A stretch of 64,000 nt of DNA from Thecamonas trahens ATCC 50062 (taxonomy: Eukaryota > Protista > Apusomonadida). Location of the stretch: the NCBI RefSeq assembly GCF_000142905.1, contig NW_013657641.1, positions 275,810 to 339,809 on the forward strand. Direction: 5' to 3'. The notes beneath the pieces are model-generated. The model made no database searches, had not been told where the DNA came from, and saw only the letters and a program-made list of their open reading frames with translations. A program made the position numbers and the translations under genes. This document shows, piece by piece, positions 54,301-64,000 of the stretch; position 1 is the stretch's first letter, and every line of letters begins with the position of its first letter.

Positions 54301-56577
54301 TCGCAATGTCACAAGCGGCACCAGTCCAGCCACTGTAGCATGAAGAGCACGGCGAGTTGCCTCCGGTTGACGGACGCGCGCATGCGGCGATGCCGTGGAA
54401 GCACGAATCGCGGACACCACATCCATTGGCCAGGCCAGAGGTGGACCCGGTGTCATCGCAGTAGACGTTGACCAAGCATGCCTTGGAGTAGTTATCGCAG
54501 ACGACCGAGTCGACGGCCGACACGTGCCCGTTGACGACATGGAGGGCGGCAGAAGCCGCCGCGGAGCCATAGTTGCCGTCGATGGAGACCCAGTCGAAGC
54601 GGACAGGAGTCGGCGAGGTGGTGTTGACCATCACGCCAGCACCCGACGGCGCGTGGTTGTTGTTGATGGTGCACGAGGTGATGTTGGCTTCAGTGTCGCC
54701 GCCAACAAAAATGCCACCCCCGGAGAGCGTTGCCATGTTGTCGTCGGCGCCCGTGCTATCAAGAAAAGCGGTGCCGCCTCCAAGATAAAAGCCAGCGCCA
54801 CGCTGAGCGGTGTTGAAGTCCGACGACGACTCGACCATGTAAATCGAGCCATGCGAGTAGACACCGCCGCCGCGATCGGTGGCCGTGTTGGACTCGATGA
54901 GGAACGAGTCGGCCGAGACGGAGCCGGCGTTGACGTAGAGAGCACCGCCGATGGTGGCGACGCAGTCCTTGATCGAGCCCGAGTCAAACGAGATGGCGCC
55001 GTCGACAAAGACGGCGGCGCCACGCGTGGCGGAAGATGAGCGGATGTTTGAGGCATCGCAGGAAAACTCCGAGTTGTCACCGACAAAGATGCTTCCACCC
55101 GCGTCGATGGCGATGTTCGAGCTGATCCAAACGTCGTAGAGAGTGGCGGTGACGCTTACGTCTGGGTCGTGGTACAAACCGCCGCCGTTCAAGGCGGTGT
55201 TGCCGGTGAGGTGGCCATCATACATGTCGAGCGGACCGGTGGCATAGATGCCGCCACCGGCAGACGCCAAACTCGAAGAAAGGACCCGGTTGTCGCGGAC
55301 CTTGGTGAAGCGCATGTTGAGCGTCCCATCTGAAAAGATGCCACCACCTTTGTACACAGCTGTGTTCGCATCCACCAAAGTGTTGTCGCGCAAGTCGGCA
55401 ACTGCGTCCGTGCCCACATATATGCCGCCACCATGCCATTGGCCTTGGTTGTTCGAGACTTCTGTGGTACCGTTGGTGACAACAGACGCGGCAGCTCGAA
55501 TGTAGATGCCGCCGCCATAAGAAGCCGAATTGAGCGTGACAGAGGTCGATGTGAGAACCAGGGTGGCTGTTGTGGTGGCGTAGACTGCGCCACCAAAGAT
55601 TGCAGTGTTGTCGGAGATTGTCGAGCTGATGAGGGTAACAAGAGCGTGCGGGCCCGATGCGTGGATGACGCCTCCGCGGTCGCCGGAGTTGCCAGAGATC
55701 TGCGTCGAGCCCGAGACGACAAGCTGCGAGTCGGTGAGATGGATGATGCCCGGCGCATCGGTGCCGAGACCAGTGTTGCCGGTGGCGACGACGTTGTCGA
55801 GAGTGATGAGCGTCGGATAGTTGGGTGCAGAGGCGGCGTAGATGGCACCGGCGAGGCTGGCGGAGCAGTCGGCGATGGTAGTGTCAATGATGTTGACTGT
55901 CGGAAGCGGCACGTTGCCGGAGGGACTCTCCAGCCCATTGTGCTTGATGAGCAAGCCGGTGAGGTTGCGGAATGTGGAGGAGGTGATGGTGAGATAGATG
56001 GCATCATCGATGATTCCCGACGAGAAGAACAAAGGAGACGTGTCTGAGTTGTAGGAATCGACAAAGACAAAGTCGTCAAAGTCAAGAGTGAGGGCGAAGC
56101 CCGAGGTAAGGGTCTCGATAAAGGAAAGGCGCCGGGGCCATGGAGGCCGGCAATGTGCATGGCCTCAAAGCGGACCGGGACCGCAGCATACGGCTCGATA
56201 ACAAATCGAGGCATCGAGCTGGTGATCGGAGTGGAGCAAATGAAGCTTGTGCCAGTATCTGGCGACGAACCGGCGCCGCGGAGCGTAAAGGCCGCCGACG
56301 GCTCGAGCACGACAGTTGTTCCGTCACAAAACTCGTACACGCCCGGGTTGAGGCAGAGGACGTAGTCGGAGGCCGAGTTGATACCGGTTGTAATAGCAGG
56401 CGCAACTACCGCACCAAGCGAGCCGGGCCCGACTGTGGCCGAGCATGCCGGAGATGCCGCTGATGTAAGCGGCGAGGCGACAAGGACGAGGGCCAATCCG
56501 AGCGCGAACGTGACAGCAATGCGGCGAAACTGGCCGTGGCGTGTGCCAGCCGATGGTGGAATGGACGCCATCGTCAT
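51370..56577 (-). CDS. Large single-pass receptor-type class III nucleotide cyclase-like protein; frame disruptions at about 56125 and 52140
   Basis: Signal peptide; GG[AG]IY beta-helix repeats; EGF/furin-like Cys region; SPPPP linker; DxCGVC repeats; TM; TDVQSSTYLWE, TEGDSF, GLRVRMGIH. Confidence 0.85.
53820..54062 (-). repeat. Extensin-like (SPPPPP)n coding repeat
   Basis: Repeated ggcggc/gaaggc units encoding PPPPPS. Confidence 0.9.
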
Positions 56578-58364
56578 TTAGTGAGCGAATGAAAATTGGC
56601 CACGGCGGACGAGGCAGCGGTGGTGGCGTGGGAGAGGACGCCGGAGGGGAGCAGGAGGGGAAAGGAGAGGGGAAATCGAGGAGGGGGAGTGGTGGTCGTA
56701 TGTGTGTGAATGCGTGCGTGTGTGGGGGGGAATGGGGAGGTGCGGTGGGTGAGTGAAATGCCGTGTGCCATGGCAGAGCCCGGGTGCGGGTGCTTGCTGA
56801 CTGCGTTGTATACTCGTGGCGGTGGTGGAGCAAACGCAATTGGGTCAATGTGGTGGAGATGGGGAGTTGAAGTTGTGTCGGAATCAGAGAGGATAGCCTC
56901 ACGAGATGCTGCGAGTTCGATACGGCCCTGCCGATGTCGAGGAGCATGGTGGCTGCTGTCGAACATGATTGGCAAGAGCAATGAGCGACGAGCGATGAGC
57001 ACCGTGCTCAGCACGGACTCACGGCCCTTGCGAGTGGCCATCTACGGGGGGCTCAGCGTTCAACTTTGTGGCGTGGCGCAGTGCAGCTCATGTGTTCATT
57101 AAGCTGATGGTGGCCCTCACGTGTTCGTTGCTGCGGCCAATACCATCCTACGATGCGACAGTCTGGCTACTCCCGCGGTCGCTGTCTGTCGCCCAAGCGC
57201 AATCGCGCGCTGGCGGCCGTGGGCCACCTGCCACTCGCTCGCTCGACTGAGTGCTGGAGCTCCGTGTCGAGTCAGGCCAACCGCCGTCGTCGTTGCCGTG
57301 AGACGTCTCGACAAGCGTCGCGGCGCATGCGGTCATCGCCACTCGCACAGTACCACGGAGAGAGCTTTGCGGTGCAGGACTAGCTGCGTGCTTGGAAGGC
57401 GGCGATGGCGTTGTCGACATGCTGGAGGATTTCGGNNNNNNNNNNNNNNNNNNNNNNNNNNNNNNNNNNNNNNNNNNNNNNNNNNNNNNNNNNNNNNNNN
57501 NNNNNNNNNNNNNNNNNNNNNNNNNNNNNNNNNNNNNNNNNNNNNNNNNNNNNNNNNNNNNNNNNNNNNNNNNNNNNNNNNNNNNNNNNNNNNNNNNNNN
57601 NNNNNNNNNNNNNNNNNNNNNNNNNNNNNNNNNNNNNNNNNNNNNNNNNNNNNNNNNNNNNNNNNNNNNNNNNNNNNNNNNNNNNNNNNNNNNNNNNNNN
57701 NNNNNNNNNNNNNNNNNNNNNNNNNNNNNNNNNNNNNNNNNNNNNNNNNNNNNNNNNNNNNNNNNNNNNNNNNNNNNNNNNNNNNNNNNNNNNNNNNNNN
57801 NNNNNNNNNNNNNNNNNNNNNNNNNNNNNNNNNNNNNNNNNNNNNNNNNNNNNNNNNNNNNNNNNNNNNNNNNNNNNNNNNNNNNNNNNNNNNNNNNNNN
57901 NNNNNNNNNNNNNNNNNNNNNNNNNNNNNNNNNNNNNNNNNNNNNNNNNNNNNNNNNNNNNNNNNNNNNNNNNNNNNNNNNNNNNNNNNNNNNNNNNNNN
58001 NNNNNNNNNNNNNNNNNNNNNNNNNNNNNNNNNNNNNNNNNNNNNNNNNNNNNNNNNNNNNNNNNNNNNNNNNNNNNNNNNNNNNNNNNNNNNNNNNNNN
58101 NNNNNNNNNNNNNNNNNNNNNNNNNNNNNNNNNNNNNNNNNNNNNNNNNNNNNNNNNNNNNNNNNNNNNNNNNNNNNNNNNNNNNNNNNNNNNNNNNNNN
58201 NNNNNNNNNNNNNNNNNNNNNNNNNNNNNNNNNNNNNNNNNNNNNNNNNNNNNNNNNNNNNNNNNNNNNNNNNNNNNNNNNNNNNNNNNNNNNNNNNNNN
58301 NNNNNNNNNNNNNNNNNNNNNNNNNNNNNNNNNNNNNNNNNNNNNNNNNNNNNNNNNNNNNNNN

Positions 58365-59427
58365 AGTACGCGAGGGCCAGCGCGCCCAACACGACGCGCA
58401 CGTACTCGGCCGCCGGCGTCACCACGCGCGTGCCCAGCCCCAGCTGCCACGGCCCGTCGTCCCACGCCGAGTCGGGGAGGTCGAACGCCACGTTGACGCG
58501 GAAGAGGTCGGTCACGACGCCGACCATCGGACGCCACGGAGCCTCCTCGGAGCGTGATGCCTCCCGCGACGCCGCATACGCCGCAACCTCGAGGAGGAGC
58601 TGGTCCTTGGCGCTCCCGCCCCCGCCCGCCAGCCGGTCGAACGGCCGCTTGAGCTCGGCGAGAAACCAGAGACCAAGCTCGACCTCGACTGCGACGTCGG
58701 CGTCGGCGCTCGTTGCGCCGAGCCCCACAAAGACGTCCGTCTTGCCCGTGTAGCTCCGCTGCGTGCGGTCCGTGACCGGCACCGTCACCGAGACCTCGGC
58801 GCCGCGCCCGTCAAAGACCTGCCACGCGTCGGCCACCGCGCCCGCCGCTTGCCCGAGCCACCACTGCGCGACGTAGAAGACCACCGAGTCCTCCGAGACT
58901 GCCGCCGACGAGCTGCTTGCCCCCGCCGCCTCGGCTACCGCCCGCTGACGCGCTCGTTCGACGACAAGGAACGAGCGGGCGAGCTCGAGGTCGGCCACAA
59001 GCGCGTCGGCAACGCCGGCCCCGAGCGCGCCGACCACTGCTCTGCCGAGGAGGCTCATCACGTCGCTCCGCACGAGTTTGACGACAACATCGTCCTCCGG
59101 GTGCCGCCGGAACGCCGAGAACCGGAGCCCGCGCTGGCTCGAGCTCGAGTGCGAGCTGAACTCGACCGACTCGTTCGCGCTGCGCTCGCTCGGAGCATAC
59201 TCGGCGAGTGCGGCAGCGACGGCGGCGTCGAGCTCGTCGGGCGCGGCCGGCCACACGTCGCGGACGTACGCGGCCATGAACGCGCGGAGGTCGGGCACGG
59301 TGCCGAGGCGCCCGTCCGCCACACACAGGACCGACTCTGCAGCCGCGGCGCGCGCATCCGACGCGGCAGCACGCGCCAACGCATCCTCCAACTCTCGACG
59401 CAAGCGTGCGTTCTCTTCCTCGGCCAT
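58365..59427 (-). CDS. PD-(D/E)xK restriction-endonuclease-like protein (Crinkler CR-REase-like); 3' end in a gap
   Basis: YTGKTDV...AELKRP...KDQLLLEV...GVVTDL. Confidence 0.6.
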
Positions 59428-59639
59428 AGTGGCGTGGGGAGCGAGTTGAGTGTCGAACATGTGCCACGTGGGCCAGCGGTGCGTTGGCGCGCGCCTGATC
59501 AAAGTTTTGTTCGGCGCGGGTGGGCGGGGGCGGCGGCCGACGGCGCCATCGGGCTCGTCCCCAGTGACTCCCCACGTCACCACAGCCACAGCCAACGTCT
59601 TGTCTTTACGGTGCGAGTAGCCCCGTACGCCGGACTGCC

Positions 59640-60798
59640 ATGTCCGAGTCGTCAACTCTGCCCTCCGGCAGCGGCAGCGCGTCGTCGTCCGACTCCGACT
59701 CGCCATCACCCGCCGCCGAGTCCCACCCGCCACTCGCGGCCGGCTCGGGTTCGGCAGCAGGCTCGAGCCGGCCGCCGACGGCGTTGGTAGAGTCAGGGAC
59801 GGCAGGCCGCGTCACGCTCGAGCGGGTGACGGGCGCGCAGGTGGAGGCCGTGAGCAACTCGATCGCCCAGGGCGGCAACCTGCTGTACAAGAGCAAGATG
59901 GCGCCGATCGCGTCGATCTTCACCGAGTTTGACGTAAAGTACGGGAGCGAGTTTGCGAGCGACGACGCGGCGGTGGCGCGGGTGAGCCGCGAGAGCCTGC
60001 CGCTCGTCTTTGATCTGCTGCCGCCGGAACGGGCGACGGCGATGACGGTGGACGAGCTGGAGGACGCGGCGCTCGAGGTGTGGGCGCGGCTCGAGACGCC
60101 GACGCAGCGGCTGGCGTTCCTCTGGTACCCGCACGCCGACGCGCCGCAGCGGTACAAGGGCGCCGACGTCGAGCCGCCGGGCAAGAAGCCGCTCGCCGTG
60201 TGGGAGGTTCCCGACGGCGAGGAGGGGGGGGACGCGCCTCTTACTCTTCGGGACGACAGACAAGATCAAGCGGGGGACGGCTGAGCCCGTGGTCCGGCTC
60301 GTGCCCGTGCCGGAGATCTACGAGCTGACGGGCGCCGAGGTGGTGGACATCTGCAACGCGGCGTCGTGGTCGCAGGCCGAGTTGAAGGCCGTCGGCGGCT
60401 GGCTGCGGCACGCGATGCGGTGCGGCGACGGCGCCCTGCGCCTCAACATGCTGCGGCGCGTGCAGACGACGCTGCTGCTCGTCGAGCTCGCGCGCGCGCC
60501 GCCGCGCTCGCTCTTGGGCCTCCACACGCACCGGCGCGGGGTGCTCGCGCAGGCGAACGTGGCGCTCGAGCACGAGGTCGACTCGCACACGGTGTTCAAC
60601 TACATGCTGCGGTGCAGCGACGTGGTCGACGTGGTGGGCGGGGTGGAGGGCGAGGCTGAGGGCGGCAGGGCGCGAGTGGTGGACCACGTGGTGAGCGACA
60701 CGACGCAGAGCCTCGCCGTCCAGCTCCAGCAGCTGCTGCGGATCTCGGACGCGCAGCCGGAGGAGCTGATAGCGGCGCTGTTGGAGCAACAGCAGTAG
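59640..60798 (+). CDS. Hypothetical protein; probably one gene split at the G8 run 60224-60231
   Basis: ORFs 59640..60284 and 60289..60798 join into one open frame if one G is removed; strong GC3 bias. Confidence 0.5.
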
Positions 60799-60803
60799 CG
60801 CCG

Positions 60804-62474
60804 CTACGCATCGTGCTCCCGCTCGTAGACGAGGAGGTACACGCCGCCGAGGTCGGCCTGCGGCTGAGCGTGGGCCGTCACGAGCTCGTCGTCGAGGAGC
60901 AGCCACGAGTCGGGCGCGAGCCGGACGTGCGCGACGTAGTGCCCGTTGCCCGTCGACTCGCCGCGGTGCTCGATGATCGAGCGGAGGACGTACGACCGGG
61001 GCGTGGCCGCCGCGTCCGCCGCGCAGAGGTTGCGCGGGATCTCCAGCTCCTCGGCGAGCGGGAGGCGCTTGGACACTTTCGTCGGCGCCTGCCGCGCGCG
61101 GTGGAAGACAAAGCGCTTGCACTGGAGGACGAGGACGGGCGGGAGGGCGCCGAACGAGGGCGTCCGGCGCAGAGTGTGCGTGGTCCCGCTCGCAGCGTCG
61201 ACGTACTCGACGTACTCGGTCTCCATCGCCGCCACCAGCGCGTCGGTCAGCGTCCGCGCCGCGTCGAGGTCGAGCATGAGCACAAGGAACGGCTGGCGCG
61301 TGACCGACGGCGGGCCGGTCGGCCCGGCGAGCTGCGACACGAGCGTGCCGGCAAAAAGCTCGGCGGCCACGGGCGCGGCGTCGAGCCGGCGGAGCTCGTC
61401 GTCGAGCGACGAGAGAAGGAACGTCCACCACTCGTGCGCGTCGTGCTGCCGCGTAGTCTGCGTGCCGTCGGCGTCGCCGAGCGCAGCGGCCACAAACGCG
61501 TCGATGAGGCCGTAAATGTAGACCGGCTCGAACGCGGCGCCCACGCCGGCGGCACCCACGCCAGCGGCCACCCGTTGGGCCGTCTCGATGTCGCGGACGA
61601 GCGAGGCGAACGCGTCGAGCGTCGGCGTCTCCGCTGGAGAGAGGGCGGGCGTGGTTGTGGAGAGGCGGGCGAGGGCCGAGTACACGCGCGGCGGCCCGAG
61701 GAGGGCTTGGAGGACGGCGTGGACGTAGCACGCGTTGCTGCCGTTGATCATGCCGCGCCAGAGCGGCGCAGGCGTCGGTGTCGGTGGCGGGACCACTGGC
61801 GCTAGCGTGTCAGCCACCGCAGCCGCCCACACGTTCTCAGCCGCGTGCGGCGGCGCAATCGCAGGCGATGCCGCCGCCGTCCATGCACTTGGTTGAGACT
61901 TTGTGGGTGCGGGCGGGGTCTTCGCGTCTGTTGCGGCCTCATCGCGTGGCCGGGCCGCACTTTCAACGCGCGCCTCATCGGTGAGCATCGCTGGCGAGGC
62001 TGCCGTCTCGGGGACAGCAGCCTGCGCGCTCGCCGTTTCGACTCTCTGCTGCGGTACTGGGACGTCGTCTGGAATCGCCGCGTCCACGGATGGAGGCGCG
62101 GCCGCGCCGTCCGGCTTGGTTGCGGTCGTCGCCTGTGCTGGCGCCGCGCCGGCCGGCGGCTCCCGCCCGTCGACGGCCGCGCACGCAGGAGCAAAGGCAG
62201 CAGCGCCCGCAACTGCGCCCGTCGCATCCGCACGCTTTGTCGCCCCGCCCACGAACCGCGGGCGGGCGGCGACGAGGCCCGCCGCGGCAACGAGCGACGC
62301 GGCCTGGAGGCGCGCCGCCGTCGCCGCGTCGAGGAACGGCGCCTGTGCGAGGCCGGGGCCGCACGGTTCAGCCGTACCCGCTCCCGTTCCGTCTCGGCTC
62401 GCACCCCCTGTCTGCGCCCCGGCGTGTGTCGCCATACGCGGGGACGGGGCCCGAGTGGAGGGTTGCGGACTCAA
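60804..62474 (-). CDS. Ubiquitin-specific protease (peptidase C19); start uncertain
   Basis: Cys box GMINGSNACYVHAVLQAL, QHDAHEW, LVLQCKRF, His box HRGESTGNGHYVAHV, LLDDELV, YLLVY. Confidence 0.9.
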   Translation of the reverse strand: MSPQPSTRAPSPRMATHAGAQTGGASRDGTGAGTAEPCGPGLAQAPFLDAATAARLQAASLVAAAGLVAARPRFVGGATKRADATGAVAGAAAFAPACAAVDGREPPAGAAPAQATTATKPDGAAAPPSVDAAIPDDVPVPQQRVETASAQAAVPETAASPAMLTDEARVESAARPRDEAATDAKTPPAPTKSQPSAWTAAASPAIAPPHAAENVWAAAVADTLAPVVPPPTPTPAPLWRGMINGSNACYVHAVLQALLGPPRVYSALARLSTTTPALSPAETPTLDAFASLVRDIETAQRVAAGVGAAGVGAAFEPVYIYGLIDAFVAAALGDADGTQTTRQHDAHEWWTFLLSSLDDELRRLDAAPVAAELFAGTLVSQLAGPTGPPSVTRQPFLVLMLDLDAARTLTDALVAAMETEYVEYVDAASGTTHTLRRTPSFGALPPVLVLQCKRFVFHRARQAPTKVSKRLPLAEELEIPRNLCAADAAATPRSYVLRSIIEHRGESTGNGHYVAHVRLAPDSWLLLDDELVTAHAQPQADLGGVYLLVYEREHDA

Positions 62475-63956
62475 TGTTGGAGTTGCGGTGCAGGCTGGCG
62501 ATAGCTATCGTCAGTGGGTGGGAGCTACGTGGTGATGAAGGTGGGCTGGTCGGGCGAGCGGGCGACGGCTTGCGGCTGGTGGTCGGCGAGGAGGGGACAG
62601 CTGAGGGGGCTGGGTCGGGGCTGGGTGGCTTGACATTGCTGTTGGTTGGACAATGGGTAGTATGACTTGTAATGGTTGAGGAGTGTGGGTGTCGGGGTCG
62701 GGGATGAGGATGGGGGTGAGATAGAGTGGGGAGAGGAGGAGGAGGAGGAGGAAGAGGAAGCGGAGTGCGCGATGGGATGGTGGTGAGCATGGCCAAGGCA
62801 AGGTGGTGGTGGTTGTGGCTAGGATGATAGTGATGGTGGTGAAGTAGGGGGTGAGGGTGGTGGCAGGGATGGGGGTCATGGTAGTGGAGTAGGGGGTGGG
62901 GGTGGTGGTTTGTGGTGATGGGGCGTAATGAGTATGGTAGGGGGGGATGAGGGGGGTCGTGACGTGGGTGGTGTGGCGGGCGCAAGGATGATGGGTATGG
63001 CGATTGGGCTTGAGCATTGATAAAGGTGGGTATGATGGGGCTGATGGGTGTGTGTGGGGTGTGGGCGATAGGAGCGGCGGGTACTTGGCCGGCAGAGGGA
63101 AGGCGGCGGACGTCAATTTAGTTGAAAGTTGAATTAATTGAAGAAAAGCCGGAACGGGTATCAAACGAGGCAATGACGTCCACAACAACAACCAAAGATC
63201 AAACATGGCTTGCACAGCACACCTGCAGATCAACCATGACCACCACACAACAGGGTAAACAAAAATACATTGCATGCAAAACTATTGACCACGACAAACG
63301 ACAACAAAGTTGAGAATCGATAGTGTAGTGATCAAGGCCCGATGGTTGATGTGGAAGTCAAGTCGAAGAAAACAGGAGAATCAAGAAGAGTTGAAGCATG
63401 ACGAATGATGATACAAAGCAACAACAAGAGCGAAAGGAATAATGAATGGGAATGCATGTCGATTATGGTCAACCATCAAAAGCAAAAGCAACCAAAGCAG
63501 AACATAAAGGCAGACAATAGCAACATCAAAGCATGTGGAACCATGAACGGCAAAGAACAAAGACCATGATAGCCAACAAGAAAAGAAACGGAAGGAATCG
63601 AATGATCAATTGACAATGATCAACAACGATCAATTGAATGTCAAACAATCGAACGAGTGACGAGTGGCGAATCATGAAAATGTTGAATGACATTCATGTC
63701 ACCCACCAACCCACACATGCCACTCGGTCGAACGAGTGACACCGGCAAGTGTCAATGGGGGATGGAGATTGTCGATCAGCATCAAAGACTCAATTCACGC
63801 CCGTGCACAGCCATTCGCATGGCAGGGTGGAGAATGAGTATGATGGGGTGGGCGGGAATGTGGATGTGGGTCATGGGTGGGATGGGTAGGCGTGGCTAGG
63901 GGGCAGTGAGTGGCAAGTGGAGTGGGTGGTGGTCGGTGGGGAGGAATGGGGTGGGG

Positions 63957-63999
63957 CTAGGGTTGATGAGGCATCAGCTAGGGTTGACGAGGCATCAGC
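63957..63999 (+). repeat. 21-bp direct repeat (ctagggttgaYgaggcatcag) x2 at the window edge
   Basis: Two adjacent copies with one mismatch. Confidence 0.7.
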
Positions 64000-64000
64000 G

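Overview
GC-rich, gene-dense eukaryotic draft sequence with GT-AG introns and six N-gaps. Gene content (IFT20, RJL GTPase, ATP11, COMMD4) indicates a flagellated protist; an apusozoan such as Thecamonas is my unverified guess. About 30 protein-coding genes are recognisable, including SMC1, kinesin-14, RPS8, RPS3, ALG8, an eIF4E-family protein, IFRD, NECAB, TatD, a USP and a very large receptor-type class III nucleotide cyclase. About ten genes are split by single-base indels at short base runs, most likely sequencing errors. The strongest candidate for an undescribed system is a T4-Rnl1-like RNA ligase fused to a GS..DxD nucleotidyltransferase-like domain (25958-28140). It lies between RPS8 and RPS3, near a metallophosphoesterase/TatD pair, and an RlaP-like nucleotidyltransferase lies at 3824-4645. 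Also notable: a piggyBac 3' remnant abutting the TTAA that contains the RPS3 stop codon, a DPF-repeat ankyrin protein, a unicellular NECAB, a C2CD6/CatSper-tau-like protein, and a Crinkler-type REase-like gene beside a compact USP. Family assignments come from motif recognition by eye; no searches were run.
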